A DNA stretch of 63,130 nucleotides, counting the filler, from Dugesia japonica (Eukaryota): NCBI GenBank assembly GCA_001938525.1. It is 5 parts of 5 records of this genome, joined end to end, with 100 filler letters (N's around TTAATTAATTAA, not from the genome) between each part and the next. Parts side by side here need not be neighbours in the genome. Positions count along the whole stretch, not along the records: positions 38,882 to 50,588 come from MQRL01640699.1; positions 50,689 to 63,130 come from MQRL01612606.1; 3 more parts are not named here. One strand, written 5' to 3'. The notes beneath the pieces were generated by a model. It ran no database searches. It was given only the letters and a program-made list of their open reading frames with translations, and was not told the DNA's origin. A program made the position numbers and the translations under genes. Below, piece by piece: positions 40,864-53,700 of the stretch. Position 1 is the stretch's first letter. Each line of letters opens with the position of its first letter.

Positions 40864-41929
40864 TTTATGCAACAGGTGCGATCTTATGTAATTGATTGTG
40901 AAATAGAACATATGTTAAACAAAAAATCATTAAAATAATTTAATTTAAACAAAAAAATAACGTAATCCGCCAACCTAAAAAAACAAACAAAACTCGGTTG
41001 ACAAAAACTTTCCCTCCGTTGGGGGGGGGTAGTACCGTGCGCTACTATCTATATACTATTATTATTTTATGTTTTGAAAAGCTGATTGAAATTTTTGTGT
41101 TTTGGTTGGAAATCTTATTTTTAAAATATTTTTTTAAAATTAAAAAAATTTAAAATTGGTAAGAAATTAAATTGTTAAAAATGTGAATTAGGAATATTAA
41201 ATATTTAGACAAAAATTAAGAATTAGTTAAAGAATAAAGGAGTAATATTAAATTTTTGAAATATAATTTTATCTATTTATCCAGAAATTGTCAAACGAAC
41301 AACCATTTTAATTTTAATGCTTTTTACAAATATTTCACAGCGATATATTTTGGAAAACAAACCTCGTTTATAATAGATATTTACATTGATATTTTATTAA
41401 AATAAATTACAAAACTATTTGGAAATTAAATGAAGTCATTAAGTTCAGAAAGACATGTATTTTAAGACATGTAAATAAGATTGCTTTTTAGTAATAAAAA
41501 GGATAAACTCCATTAGGTTTAACAGTGTAATGATTATTTAATATCTTTACATAAACTAGTACTTATTATAATATTTTTAAAAAAATGATCTGATTGGGAT
41601 GCAATTGATTTGTATTTACCTTTGAAAATGTACATTATGCACTAAAGAATATCCAAAAAAAAAATAATTACCGATTTCATAAACAGACTAATTTATTTGA
41701 AATTTAATTATGTAAAAATTATTAATTATACATAATAAATAAATAAATTAAAATAAAGTTTTTGTGAGATAATTTATTTATTCATTTTATGTTAAAATTT
41801 GAATAAACATTTTCCATAAAAATGTTTAATGAAAAAGTAAATGTGATCATTAAAAATCCAAAGTTATTTAATTACTAATAAATAAAACTATTTAGTTTAG
41901 AACAATAATTTTATTAATAATAAAAATAT

Positions 41930-41939
41930 TAATAATAAC

Positions 41940-41988
<49 letters not shown>

Positions 41989-42048
41989 NNNNNNNNNNNN
42001 NNNNNNNNNNNNNNNNNNNNNNNNNNNNNNNNNNNNNNNNNNNNNNNN

Positions 42049-42113
<65 letters not shown>
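41930..42113. repeat. (TAA)n microsatellite (also about 22801, 34178, 38710, 45412-45710, 50575)
   Basis: Direct trinucleotide repeat, usually running into N gaps. Confidence 0.95.
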
Positions 42114-42799
42114 GAAAAAGAACAATTGAAATAAACAAAATTTTAACATAGTTTTACATGATTTTGAACACATGAGAACCGATATAAATTAAAATAAAAT
42201 AATTAAAAATTACTTAACCTTTTTCTTTATAATTACAATTTAAATTAAATGGATTAAAATATAAAATTACAATTTTATTGGATAAATATGTATGATTTAT
42301 AGATGGTAGAAACCCTTCTGAATTTTTAAAATAGGCGACATAAACTCTAGCTACAATTTTGCTATAGCGAGGCAAATTAGATAAATGATAACAATTCCAA
42401 AACTTCAATTGTATGTTTGAGTGTGATGATGATTGCTTGAATACTTTTAATAATAAAATTGGTGTAATTGAAAATGACCTATGAATATATTGACTGATAT
42501 ATGTATACTTAAATTTTTAAATGTTGTAAGTTATAGCAAGGTCGATTTTAGACCTTTTAATAATATTAAAAGAAATGGAAGCTATTTCAATGAATTAATT
42601 GATATAATTACGAAAAAAAGTTTAACGAGTAAAACTATAGCTAAACAAATTGAAAATTATGCAATTTCAACAAATATTTTATTTATTTATTTTATTGATT
42701 ATTTATTGAGATTGCATAATTTAAATTATATAGTTATTTAAAATTTGAAAATAATTTGTTTTAATATTCTTTAAATTTAAAATGTTAAATTTAGTGACG

Positions 42800-43990
42800 A
42801 AAATGTTAATGATAAATAAGTATTATGTTTAAATGAAAGTACTCTAAATGTTATACAAAAGTTTGATTTAAACATTAAATTTAATGGTAAAAAGTCTACG
42901 ATTAAAAGTTTTATTACGGATAAGATTTATCACCTTATAATTATATGAATCGATATTTTTAATTCTTAACAAATAAAATGAATAGAGTTGGTTAATACAA
43001 ATCCTGGCCTTTTAAATTTACAAGCTAAATTTTCGACAAGTAATATAAGTATGATTAATAGAGAATAATTAATTAGAAAATGAAAAATAAATTATAATAT
43101 TAGTATTCATGAAATTATTCTGAGGTATGTTGAAAATTTTATGAGCAATAATTGGTATATCGGAAAACTTGACATTTTAATATATAAAATAAAAACTGAT
43201 TGTAAATTGATATTAATCAAAACTAGAAGCCAACTTAAATACGGCAAAGAAAATACAGTAGAAATAATATGTAATTTAGAAGAAAATGGTATTATAAAAA
43301 GTGTGAGTTCTTATGAAACTTTCGAATTGTAGGTGTTAAGAAAAAGATACGTATGAAATAAGAATGTATTTAGATTTTAGATCAGGGGTTGGCAATCTAT
43401 AGCTCGCAGGTCATCAAGTAATCCGTTTGATCATATGAGTTTTGCAAACTTTTGTTTTTTTAATATTTGTTGCAGTGCTATGATAAGATAACTTATATTG
43501 TTATAAGGAACAAAAATCTTAACATCGAATTGCCGTTATAGCACTGTCTTGATCTGTCAACAGATGGACATTCGCCGCTGTCACTTGAACACAGATCGTC
43601 AACGCTCGATCTTTATCGCCTAACGAGAATAATCTTTGAGTTATTTAAAAAAATAGCAAAATGAATATTTCTATTAATGTGTATTTGTAAATACCCAGTT
43701 TTTACTTTGACCCGCAGCTAAAAACGGTTATCGATTCCTGTTTTAGGTTATCTAATAAAATTACTATAAGATCTGCTTGTACAATTTCAAATATTGAGCA
43801 AATGCTTGATTTATTATAAAGACAGGAATATTCTCCTTTCTTAGATTTAAGAAATGCATATTATCATGTTGAGTTAGAAAAGACAAGTAAGCTAAAGACG
43901 CATTTTTGACTAAGATGAGGCAACATTGGATTAACATAATATCATTTAGTATTGCTTTAACATATGAAAAAAGATTCCATCAACATTCCA
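42800..43990 (+). mobile_element. Third Gypsy pol remnant (protease-RT), split by a MITE
   Basis: LEENGIIK...IRMYLDFR, then after the MITE NKIT...NIEQMLDLL...LDLRNAYYHVELE. Confidence 0.7.
43383..43740. mobile_element. hAT (Buster-like) MITE
   Basis: CAGGGGTTGGCAA...TTATCGATTCCTG with TSD TTTTAGAT / TTTTAGGT, interrupting the LDFR motif. Confidence 0.85.
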
Positions 43991-45430
43991 AAATTTTATT
44001 TCAATTATTTCAAAAGACATGGTGTGGAAAAATTGAATTATCCAATAAAATCAGCATTTGTAAAATCACCAAATAGGTTTCGTTGTAATTTTCTAATAAG
44101 TTTTTGATTTTCAATTTTCNNNNNNNNNNNNNNNNNNAATTTTCTGACAAAATTGTTGTAATTTATTAATTCATTTTAATTTATTTATTATTTAGATCTA
44201 GTAAAAAATAATCTCGATCTCAAACCAAATTAAGTTTAACTAAATATTTTGAGTAAAAGTTTATTACTTGTATTTTTCAATTGATATTAATAACTTTGGG
44301 AATTTCTCAACCATTACAGTTAAAATATTTATTATAAATCTATAAATAAATCCACAAAATAATTCATGTACAATATAAGGCCCGCGATCTAAATTCATGA
44401 AAAATCTAAAATGTATTATTTTATTGAAATATAATTCTATACAATCAATATTTTACAGATTTACAAAAATCTCCTCCAAAATACTAGCTGTAAAATGACA
44501 TTTTAATAGTGGTATATTAAATTTCTCAAGTTATAATATAATATCAGTGATTGATAATATTTGGCCCCGAAATTTTTCCATGCATGGACTGCAACATTAA
44601 TTTAAACTAATTATGCGGCTATTCTTGAAATAAATTGTGCATCCCTGCTATATTAAATATTAAAAAAATAGTGATTAATAATATGAATCAATAATATAAT
44701 TATATGTTTATAAATGGAAAAATATTATTTATAGAAATTCTATGAAATAATAAATCATAATTTGTTTTTATAAAAACTAGTGTTTATTGAAAAATTTGTT
44801 GAAAGAATTTGAAAATAAATTAATTAATTCTTGAATATTATTACTAAAAAATTCCATTTTTTTAAAATATAAATCTCTACATTAAGTTCATTTAAGATGG
44901 AAATATCAGAAAGAACTCTACTGCAATTATTATTTTCAGGCTACAAGCGAAATCATACATAGTTTACATTTATTATTTCATTTCTCTGTGAAATTGTTTT
45001 TAAAAATAAAATTTGGCATTATGCTGAATCGGTCATAATATTTTGGCAATAATTTATATATTTAATTACATTTAAATGAAAACAATAATTTTTTCCTAGA
45101 AGTGTTCTGAAATATTTTTTCTCAACAAATAAATAATTGAATTTTTTTTTGAAAGAATTTTTATAACCTAGCAATAATATTTTCTTAATAATTAATTAAA
45201 AAAAGAGTATTTAAGAAAAATAACCAAATTAGATTACAAAACCGTTTTATCATAAAATGAAAAAAATTTTCAAATACATTTCTACGTTGTCTAAAGAATT
45301 TCATTTTTATTAATTTTTTTCAAAACAATTAAATCATAAATTTATTTAATACTAAATAGTTTAATAAGCCTGTTAAAAGTTATGTCAACAAAAAATTTTT
45401 TTGAAATTTTCATTATTATTATTATTATTA

Positions 45431-45483
<53 letters not shown>

Positions 45484-45641
45484 NNNNNNNNNNNNNNNNN
45501 NNNNNNNNNNNNNNNNNNNNNNNNNNNNNNNNNNNNNNNNNNNNNNNNNNNNNNNNNNNNNNNNNNNNNNNNNNNNNNNNNNNNNNNNNNNNNNNNNNNN
45601 NNNNNNNNNNNNNNNNNNNNNNNNNNNNNNNNNNNNNNNNN

Positions 45642-45710
<69 letters not shown>

Positions 45711-45933
45711 TAGGGTAGAAAAAGTACGGCTGGGGAAAAACAGCCATCTGGGGTCCCCTTAAAGAATTTAATCTAATGTCCCTATTTAGATTTTCGGTAT
45801 AGAGCGGTTGACCTCCATTTTGATTTGAGGCGCACACTCGTATACCTTTAGTTCGAGTTCAATATTTTTCCCTTGTTAAAGTTAAGCCGATTAATTAATA
45901 AACTACTAGAACTAAGATTTATTTTGCTACATG

Positions 45934-46296
45934 TTACATAAGCTCGAGAGCACTCGGGTCTAACCACTATGTAGGTTTCTCGTCAACAAAGCCGAATGTG
46001 GCTTCGTCCTCGTTGTTGTCCCAACGAATCTACTCTTCATTTCCTGGTTGTTTGGCTAAGTCATCTATTTATTTTTGTAAGAAGTCGATTTTGTGTTGTA
46101 ATAATTGCTTAGCCTGCTCGGCTAATTCACCCTGTTTCTTTAGTATAGCATTCATTTTTATAATTAACTTATTTTTCTGGGACAGGTGCTTTAAGAGAGC
46201 CTTTTCGTTTCGTCTCTTAATGTGGCGTTCTAATAACAGTTTTTGAATGAGTCGATGGCATCTGCGCAAGCTATTAGGTAATTGGATTCGTGGCAC
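45934..46296 (-). pseudogene. Element ORF D (basic/coiled-coil plus acidic-aromatic tail), copy 1
   Basis: 363 nt, gap-free alignment to 60423-60785; three copy-specific stops; starts at TTTCATTTCAG|TG. Confidence 0.75.
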
Positions 46297-46455
46297 TGAA
46301 ATGAAAAATTATAATTAGTATCGATGACAGTTTAAATTACAGTTATCTTTTAATGACAACTAGAAATTAGTTCAGGTAAACATAATTGAATGAAACCAAA
46401 CTATTTCAATTTCAAAAGGAAACTTTTATTTACAACATTGGTAGTAACGAACGAA

Positions 46456-46784
46456 TCACGGCCGCAAAGTTTGGGTGCCTTTGTTACTCATAAGGAGTTC
46501 TAGAGGCATGACATTTTTTATTATCTCGGTCATGAAGGGACCGGATCATCTCCGCAAAAGACTCAATTTTTGCTTCCACAAACGTTCTTGCGCGTGATAG
46601 GCCTCGCCTTCCTAAAAGCTACACATATTGCCTTGTATCTTTTAACTTTACTTTCGGCCGACGCGGTGTCCACCTCCGAGCGTCTTTTTGCCAGACAGTA
46701 GAGGTCCCATGTCATCTCGGGATCCTCACTGCTTTCTCTGATTTTCTTCGTTGGGGCCGTAGAGCGGTTAAGAGAGGGATGCAC
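46456..46784 (-). pseudogene. Element ORF C (helical, ends NKGTQTLRP), copy 1
   Basis: HPSLNRSTAPTKKIRESSEDPEMTWDLY...ESFAEMIRSLHDR...KGTQTLRP* with frameshifts; starts at TTTTATAG|TG. Confidence 0.75.
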
Positions 46785-46973
46785 TATAAAATGAAGTTTA
46801 TTGATTAATATTACTAAAAGTAGACCAATTCATTATAAAGGAAACCATGGTACATTTTAGTTTACCCTAGAAGTAATTTAGAGGTCTTGACGCAAATACT
46901 TATTACTGAGACGATTAAAATGATTAACATCATTTATTAAGATACTAAAGCCAATCAAATAACAAAAACGAGT

Positions 46974-47399
46974 TCATGCGTTAATTGAAGTCGAGCCTAC
47001 ATTCTCATCATTACTGCTATCGGATGTGTTCCTTATGTTCCATAAATTATTATGAACAAAAGCCGTTAAATTGTAACTAGCAGGGAGATGACTCGTGACG
47101 ATGCCCACGAATGATGGACCTTCGAGCCATTCCCGGGTGATCTGTGGTTCTCTGCTAGCACTTAACTGGTTAGTTGTAATTAAATGGTACACTGCACGCT
47201 TGCGGTCAGGCCCGTTCCAGGTATAATAGGTGTGACGTTCGTTCGCAACTCATTCTCTTTCCTCCTCTGCAGTTTTAAACGACACATTGGCTCTACTTAC
47301 TAGGACACCGACATTTTGATCGTACAGATTTTTATATCTCTTAAAAACAATACGACCGATCCTTTTGTCAAGCAAAGTTTCCCACTTATAGTTCACCAT
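46974..47399 (-). pseudogene. Element ORF B (about 141 aa, unknown), copy 1
   Basis: MVNYKWETLLD...ANERHTYYTWNGPDRKRAVYH...PQITREW...NLTAFVHNNLWNIRNT; one in-frame TGA where copy 2 has TGG. Confidence 0.75.
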
Positions 47400-47509
47400 A
47401 AAAGTAAAATGGTAACTATTTATTAACATCGAAATTCACAATAAAACATTAATGTAATAAAAGATTCAACTAACAAGGTAACTGGTTTATTATTTATTTT
47501 ATAGAAACA

Positions 47510-47709
47510 TTAATTAGAATATTTTCGGTTTTTGGCATCTATGTCTACCTGAAAATTCAGTAGAAACATCTCGACGAAACACTGGAGGTCTGTCTCATCG
47601 GTATGTTCCACTAAGGAGGGAACTACAAGTATCCGATCAGTTGTTTCAGTCCGGCGGTCTTACGCTGTCTCAAAATCGTGCAAAGTGCCCTCTTTAATTC
47701 TGCGAGCAT
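47510..47709 (-). pseudogene. Element ORF A (about 60 aa, unknown), copy 1
   Basis: MLAELKRALCTILRQRKTAGLKQLIGYL...VEHTDETDLQCFVEMFLLNFQVDID, homologous to 59000-59182. Confidence 0.7.
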
Positions 47710-50700
47710 AATCTATAATTGGGTGGTTGATTAAGATCAACCCATTCATATAGTTATAATGAAAATATTGAAACTTATGGGAAGATCTATAGGTACTCGT
47801 AGGTATCTTAATGACGGCAAATAAACGATAGCGATGATAATGACAGGCTATAAAGTAGAATTAACCACCTTGTCGAAAATTCTAATTATACTGATGATAA
47901 CGATAGAGACCGGAATTACGTTACCCTCAAAATTAAGAAGTTTATAGTGCTTTTGTCAATTGATATGAACCCCAAGATGATTAATCAAATAACTATGCTA
48001 AAAATCCATAAGTATCAGTCGTGCAACTACTGTTATTAGTAGAGGTGATGGCAATGATGCTAATGATTGTAATGGAATTATGCCTTATAATAATAATATG
48101 ATCGTCAACAATAACAACCATAATGACAATAACCGTGATGAGATTGGTGATCATAAGGCTCAGAATCATGGTAATTTTATTAGTAATAGTATTGATAGTT
48201 TTCATAAAGATAAGGAATTTAGAATTAACGAAAGCGGCATCACAAATAACACTTCTAATAATATTACCAATAAATATAGTAATAACTAGAGAATGAGCCC
48301 TACAAAAAAATAGTAATAATATTGGTCAAGATGTTAGAATCTGAAGACGTAAATAATCAGGAAAACAGCAATAGAGAAAGCAATACTAAAATTTCACTAA
48401 TTTTCCTAATATTGTTATATATAAGAAAAGGACTAATTTCTTGGTAATAGCAAATAAAGGTCAATTCATTATTAATAACAGCTTTAGCGTTGATACCAAT
48501 TTTACCATTAATAATATAATAATGACTGTCGCCTTGATGATAGTAAGTCGCATAATAGCCCTAATAATAACAGTAAACGCGTTCATCATAATATGGTTGG
48601 CCACAATAATTAGTATGATAATAAAATTATTAATATCGATAATCATAATGATAGAAAAATTATACAATGACATTCGTATGATAATGAGAATAATTATATC
48701 GTACTAATAATAATGACTATAAGGAAAATAAGAATTTTAATTATATGATGATAATTTTTCTTATAACCCATAATGGCAATCATTAAGTTAGTACGACAAG
48801 ATTACTAATTATGCCACTTACAACAATTCTCAATGAAAAACTACTTATATTCTTATATCACCGACAATTGCATCATTTTGATCCTATACAGACAACCATG
48901 GAAAAAACTACTTATTTTATTAATGAGAATTCGGAAAATCAATTCTATCCTCGTGGGTAAAATGAGCTAGTGAAAATTGCGATACTAATGTTGCCGGCCA
49001 TATTCTTAAACAACTATCATCGATTAACTACTATCCTCTTCACTGATGACTCAATGCACCACATATTTATTTCGTGAAATTAGTTGTTTGGATGTAGATT
49101 GTTATTATTAATCACCATTGAAGAGAGTTGAATACCTTAGCTTGTAGATAGTTTTAGCAGAAAATTTTTAATGAACTTCAGTTAGGATTTATGATCCGTG
49201 ATTATCAACTCTCGAAAAAAAATTAATATAGTACTCGTCAGATTTGGATTTATTAGTGTTAAAAGTTGCATATGAATCCATTCATATCACCCAATAGGCG
49301 ATTAAACTGCTGTTCAGATATCATTGGTATATTATGGATTTATGACAGAACAGATCGCAAGATGGAATTAAAGCTGTAAACAATTATTGCAGAAAACCTA
49401 AATTGCCAGTTGTTGATTTTAATAAAAACATTTCATTCATTCCTTTATCTTTTCATTTTTTCTTATTTAAAAAGAATAATTTAAATATTCAATCATAATT
49501 AATGTATATATTTTTTCGATTATAACACATATGTAACATATATAACTACACAGTTAAGAAAACAAAACATTTTTACTTGTTTCAAAAATATCTTTAGATA
49601 TTCTACAACGGGTATCCCTCGGCTTTTCTTTTTTAGTGAATTATGAAATGTCCCTGGTATTGGTAGTATTTCGTTTTCTTTCTGATTCTTTTTTTTAACT
49701 ATAATCAGTACGGGTTGAATCACCACTAATATTACTATTTTATTCGTCCAAATATGGCAACAGATTTTTTTCCAAAATGAATCTCTGAATACTGCAGTTA
49801 TTTGATTACCACTACGTTTTCTTGTTCTCAAAATAATAATGCGATTCACTAGAATTGGTATTTTTGATAAAAGTTAGTTTTTTTGCTAAGTTTTTCTCGA
49901 TGCTTTTATAGTTTTTCTCATGCATCCCAGCTATCTCCCTGCTGACTGGTTATTTTTATTTTCAGCTTCTTGTTTTTCATTAGTTTTTGGTACAAAATTC
50001 TACAATTTTTTACCATTCTCTGCTACACTATTGGTGCCTATTTTTGGAGAACCATGTGGTTTTTCATTCTTTGTTTTAATTTTCTTTTCTGGTCTCTTAT
50101 TCGCCCATTCTTTCAACCCTTGTAGAAACCCTCCTGATGATGATAAGGTTTTCTGGTTGCGAAATCCTATTGCTACTTGTCATTTTCTTTTCGACGTTTC
50201 TTGCTACAGGTTCCTGTGATTCTCCTGAGTAGAGTTAATCGACCAAAACTGATTTTTGTCTAATTTTAATTCTTTTTTGTGGTAAATTAATTAATTTTCC
50301 TTTATTAATTAATTATTATTTTCTCAACCATTTTCTTATTTTTCTTTTTAAGAATTATAATTCTCCTAATTAATAACTTGATTTCAACCACTATTTTACC
50401 CACTTGATGCTTTCTTTCTACATTTAGCTTTTTCACCAGTTTTCGTATTAGTGTAATTATTGTAATTTTCTCCTCATTACTAATTATCTTACTCATTTTC
50501 TTTTTCTAATCTTCTTCTTTACGAATTGGGCTTCTGGCTTTGTTTTTTCTCAAACCGGGTGTTTCACCCCAACATTATTATTATTATTNNNNNNNNNNNN
50601 NNNNNNNNNNNNNNNNNNNNNNNNNNNNNNNNTTAATTAATTAANNNNNNNNNNNNNNNNNNNNNNNNNNNNNNNNNNNNNNNNNNNNTTAATAATTATG

Positions 50701-50775
50701 ATAATAATAATAATAAAAATAATATAGTAAATTTCTAAAAGTTCCAAATAAAAATTCTGAAAATTATCCTATTAC

Positions 50776-53700
50776 CTTCTATCATACTAGTGGCCAAAGC
50801 TTCAATATCTTGTTCAGATTTTTTTCCTTGCTGATTTAATGACATTTCTTTTACTTGAAGATCGTTTCGTAAATCTACGTTTAAATCTACTTAATTCCTT
50901 ATTTTAAAAAAATGAAACAACACCTCTAGCTTCTTCTTTTAATCGTTGAACAGTTTCAACAAGAGTTTCTTTTTCTTCCAATTCATTTTCCAAAATAGCA
51001 TTTTTCTCAATTGCCTTAAAATGAAAATTTTTATTAAATTATACAGTAAAAAGGTCAAGTGATGACGCAATCAATAATAATAAATTTAATTATTTGTTGA
51101 TCATACAAAAAACAAAAACATNATTATAATAATGCAGTCTAGATATTTGGAAAATGTTTTATTTAGAAAAATCAATTTTCTATCATTTATTTATTTAATT
51201 TTAAATTTAAAATTATTAACTTGTTCTTTGAAAAATAATTTTATCCTTATGAAAGACAGTAGTTACTATCTAAAAATGCTTTCTTGTACCTTTTATCCAT
51301 TGAATCAAATTGTTTTCCAATAGCTCACCTCGTGAAGCGACAAGATACTGGAAGTGCGCTTTATTCTCATGTAGTGTGACAGCTCCAGAAGATATGAAGT
51401 TGTTAGTAAATTTAAAAATGATCATCACCTGGGAATTTCAATATTCGATAAAGTGATGAGTTTGTTCAAAATAAAGTCATTAATAAAGTAAAGCTCGAAG
51501 GTCTGATATTAGGATATACCCCAAGATAGAAATGAATGCCATAACCGCATAATTGATNCAANACNAATGGTATTATCACACTCGAAGAGTTCATTACAGC
51601 GATAAAACTATGGTTGAATGATTAAATAAATTCCAAATACAAAATTACGGTTATCTTTGTTATTTGGAAAAATGATAAATGAGAGGTTTTTCCTAATTAA
51701 AAATTGAACTTAAAAGGCGTATATTGATTTAAAATTTGGGAGCAAAAATAAAAAAATATCGAAATTCCAAATAAAAAAATTATATATAATAAAAACGTTA
51801 TTCCGTCTATCATAACTTCTCCTGATCTCTGGATCAATTCCAAGTTTAAAAACGGAGACTGTAGAGTCCTTGCAGTGTGTGTTTGTAAATTCCCTGTTGG
51901 CAATGTTATAATTGCGGAAGTAGAACGNNNNNNNNNNNNNTATGAATGTCCGATAAGCTGCTATCTTTTGCCATGGAAGCAAAACAGATTGAGAGATCTT
52001 ATCTAAGTCACTGATAACATTTTTTGACCAAACTATTCAAGATATCTTAGAGATGTTAAGAAGTATAATGTAGATTTTTAAAGATAAACCAAACGCTTTA
52101 AAAAAAATTCGTGGAAAATTTTTGGTTTGAAAGATATCAACTGATAAAGGGTTAATTTTTGACTTTTCTTAAATTTAAAGGCTAGAAACGAAAAATATTT
52201 TGAAAAAATTATTGTATTTAAAGTTTTAGCGAACAATATATCATTCACGAAAATCGATTCAGTTGTTTGCGAGATATATGCATAATTTTGAAAATTTTCA
52301 TGTAACCAATTGGTCGTGAAGGCACATGAAAAATCAGAAGTCCTTAAATATTAATGCATCAGTGATTGTGATGTATTTTTTGATAAACAATTTCCTCATT
52401 CCAGCTATGCAATTATATTAATTTGTTGAATAAAAATAGTGAACACAATCAATAACTTCAATTTTTGCTTTTTAATTTGGTTGTTGTTCAAGTTTATAAT
52501 TGTTTTATCCAATCACGTTTAATAATTCAATCGTTTTAGAATTATTATTGTTATTACATTTAAAATTTTATTATCCTATCGAGATTAATTAGCTTAAATA
52601 ATTAAAAATAGAATTAAAATGTGACCAAGAAAAAATCAAAATAATCAATAAAATGAACAGCGTCATTCAATAAGATTAAGAAACACGACTGCGTATAATG
52701 AACGACGATTAGTAGAACAAAATCAAGTTAAAACGTCAATCAGACGACAACCTAATCAAAGATAACGTCATAGATTTTTGAATAATTCATCTTCTGATCA
52801 GATTCAAAATCGATGAATACCAAATACAGAAGCTTAAACCATACATAGTGCTAATGAAACTGCTCAACAAGTATCAAATCGATTTAATGCGTCGATTTAA
52901 TATGAAAATGTTATCTATCATAAAGTTTTGTAATAAACCCTTATATGTTTTTTCATTTCAAAACGAATCTTTACAAATGACACACAAAATAACGGTTTAA
53001 GTTGAAAATATTCAATGAAAGTAAGAATAGCTGGAAATTGCACTCACTAAGCGTTTAAAAATCGAGCACAATTTAAACTTTAAATTAAAGTGTTTTTGTT
53101 CATATACTTAATTCTGAACGGCAACTCAACTGTAAGAAATCAAACGGAGCGATGTCAAGTGAGTCCAATTTCTATTTCATAATAAAAAAAAATTCCAAAT
53201 AAAAAAATTCCTAATAAAAAAGTAATTTCAAATAAAAAATTTCCAAAAAAAATTCAAAAAAAAATTCTAAATAAAAAAAATTCCAAATAAAAAAATTCTA
53301 AATAAAAAAAATTCCAAATAAAAAAATTCTAAATAAAAAAAATTCNNNNNNNNNNNNNNNNNNNNNNNNNNNNNNNNNNNNNNNNNNNNNNNNNNNNNNN
53401 NNNNNNNNNNNNNNNNNNNNNNNNNNNNNNNNNNNNNNNNNNNNNNNNNNNNNNNNNNNNNNNNNNNNNNNNNNNNNNNNNNNNNNNNNNNNNNNNNNNN
53501 NNNNNNNNAAATTTGAAATAAAAGGGTTTTAAAATAAAAAAATTTCTAAAAAAAATTTCATTCCTAAAAAAAATTCAAAAAAAGTAAAAGTAAAAATCGA
53601 AATAAGAAATTTGAAATAAAAGGGTTTTAAAATAAAAAAATTTCATTCCTAATAAAAAAAATTCTAAACAAAATAAATTCCAAATAAAAAAAATTCTAAA

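Larger units (their letters stand above)
45711..50574 (-). mobile_element. TGTTGGGG...CCCCAACA multi-ORF element, copy 1
   Basis: Begins TGTTGGGGTGAAACACCCGG at 50574; collinear with 56644-61031 in both terminal regions and ORFs A-D; both ends abut (TAA)n; 3' tip eroded. Confidence 0.85.

Noticed and set aside
41892-45762. Poly-L/I/Y/N ORFs (also at 22722, 33949 and 34021)
   Set aside because: Translations of (TAA)n microsatellites and N gaps.
48441-48707. Hydrophobic membrane-protein-like ORFs (also 58565-58912)
   Set aside because: Alternative frames of AAT-rich sequence give Ile/Met/Leu runs automatically.
52130-52155. piggyBac-like end AGGG|TTAA
   Set aside because: No matching opposite end or transposase seen.
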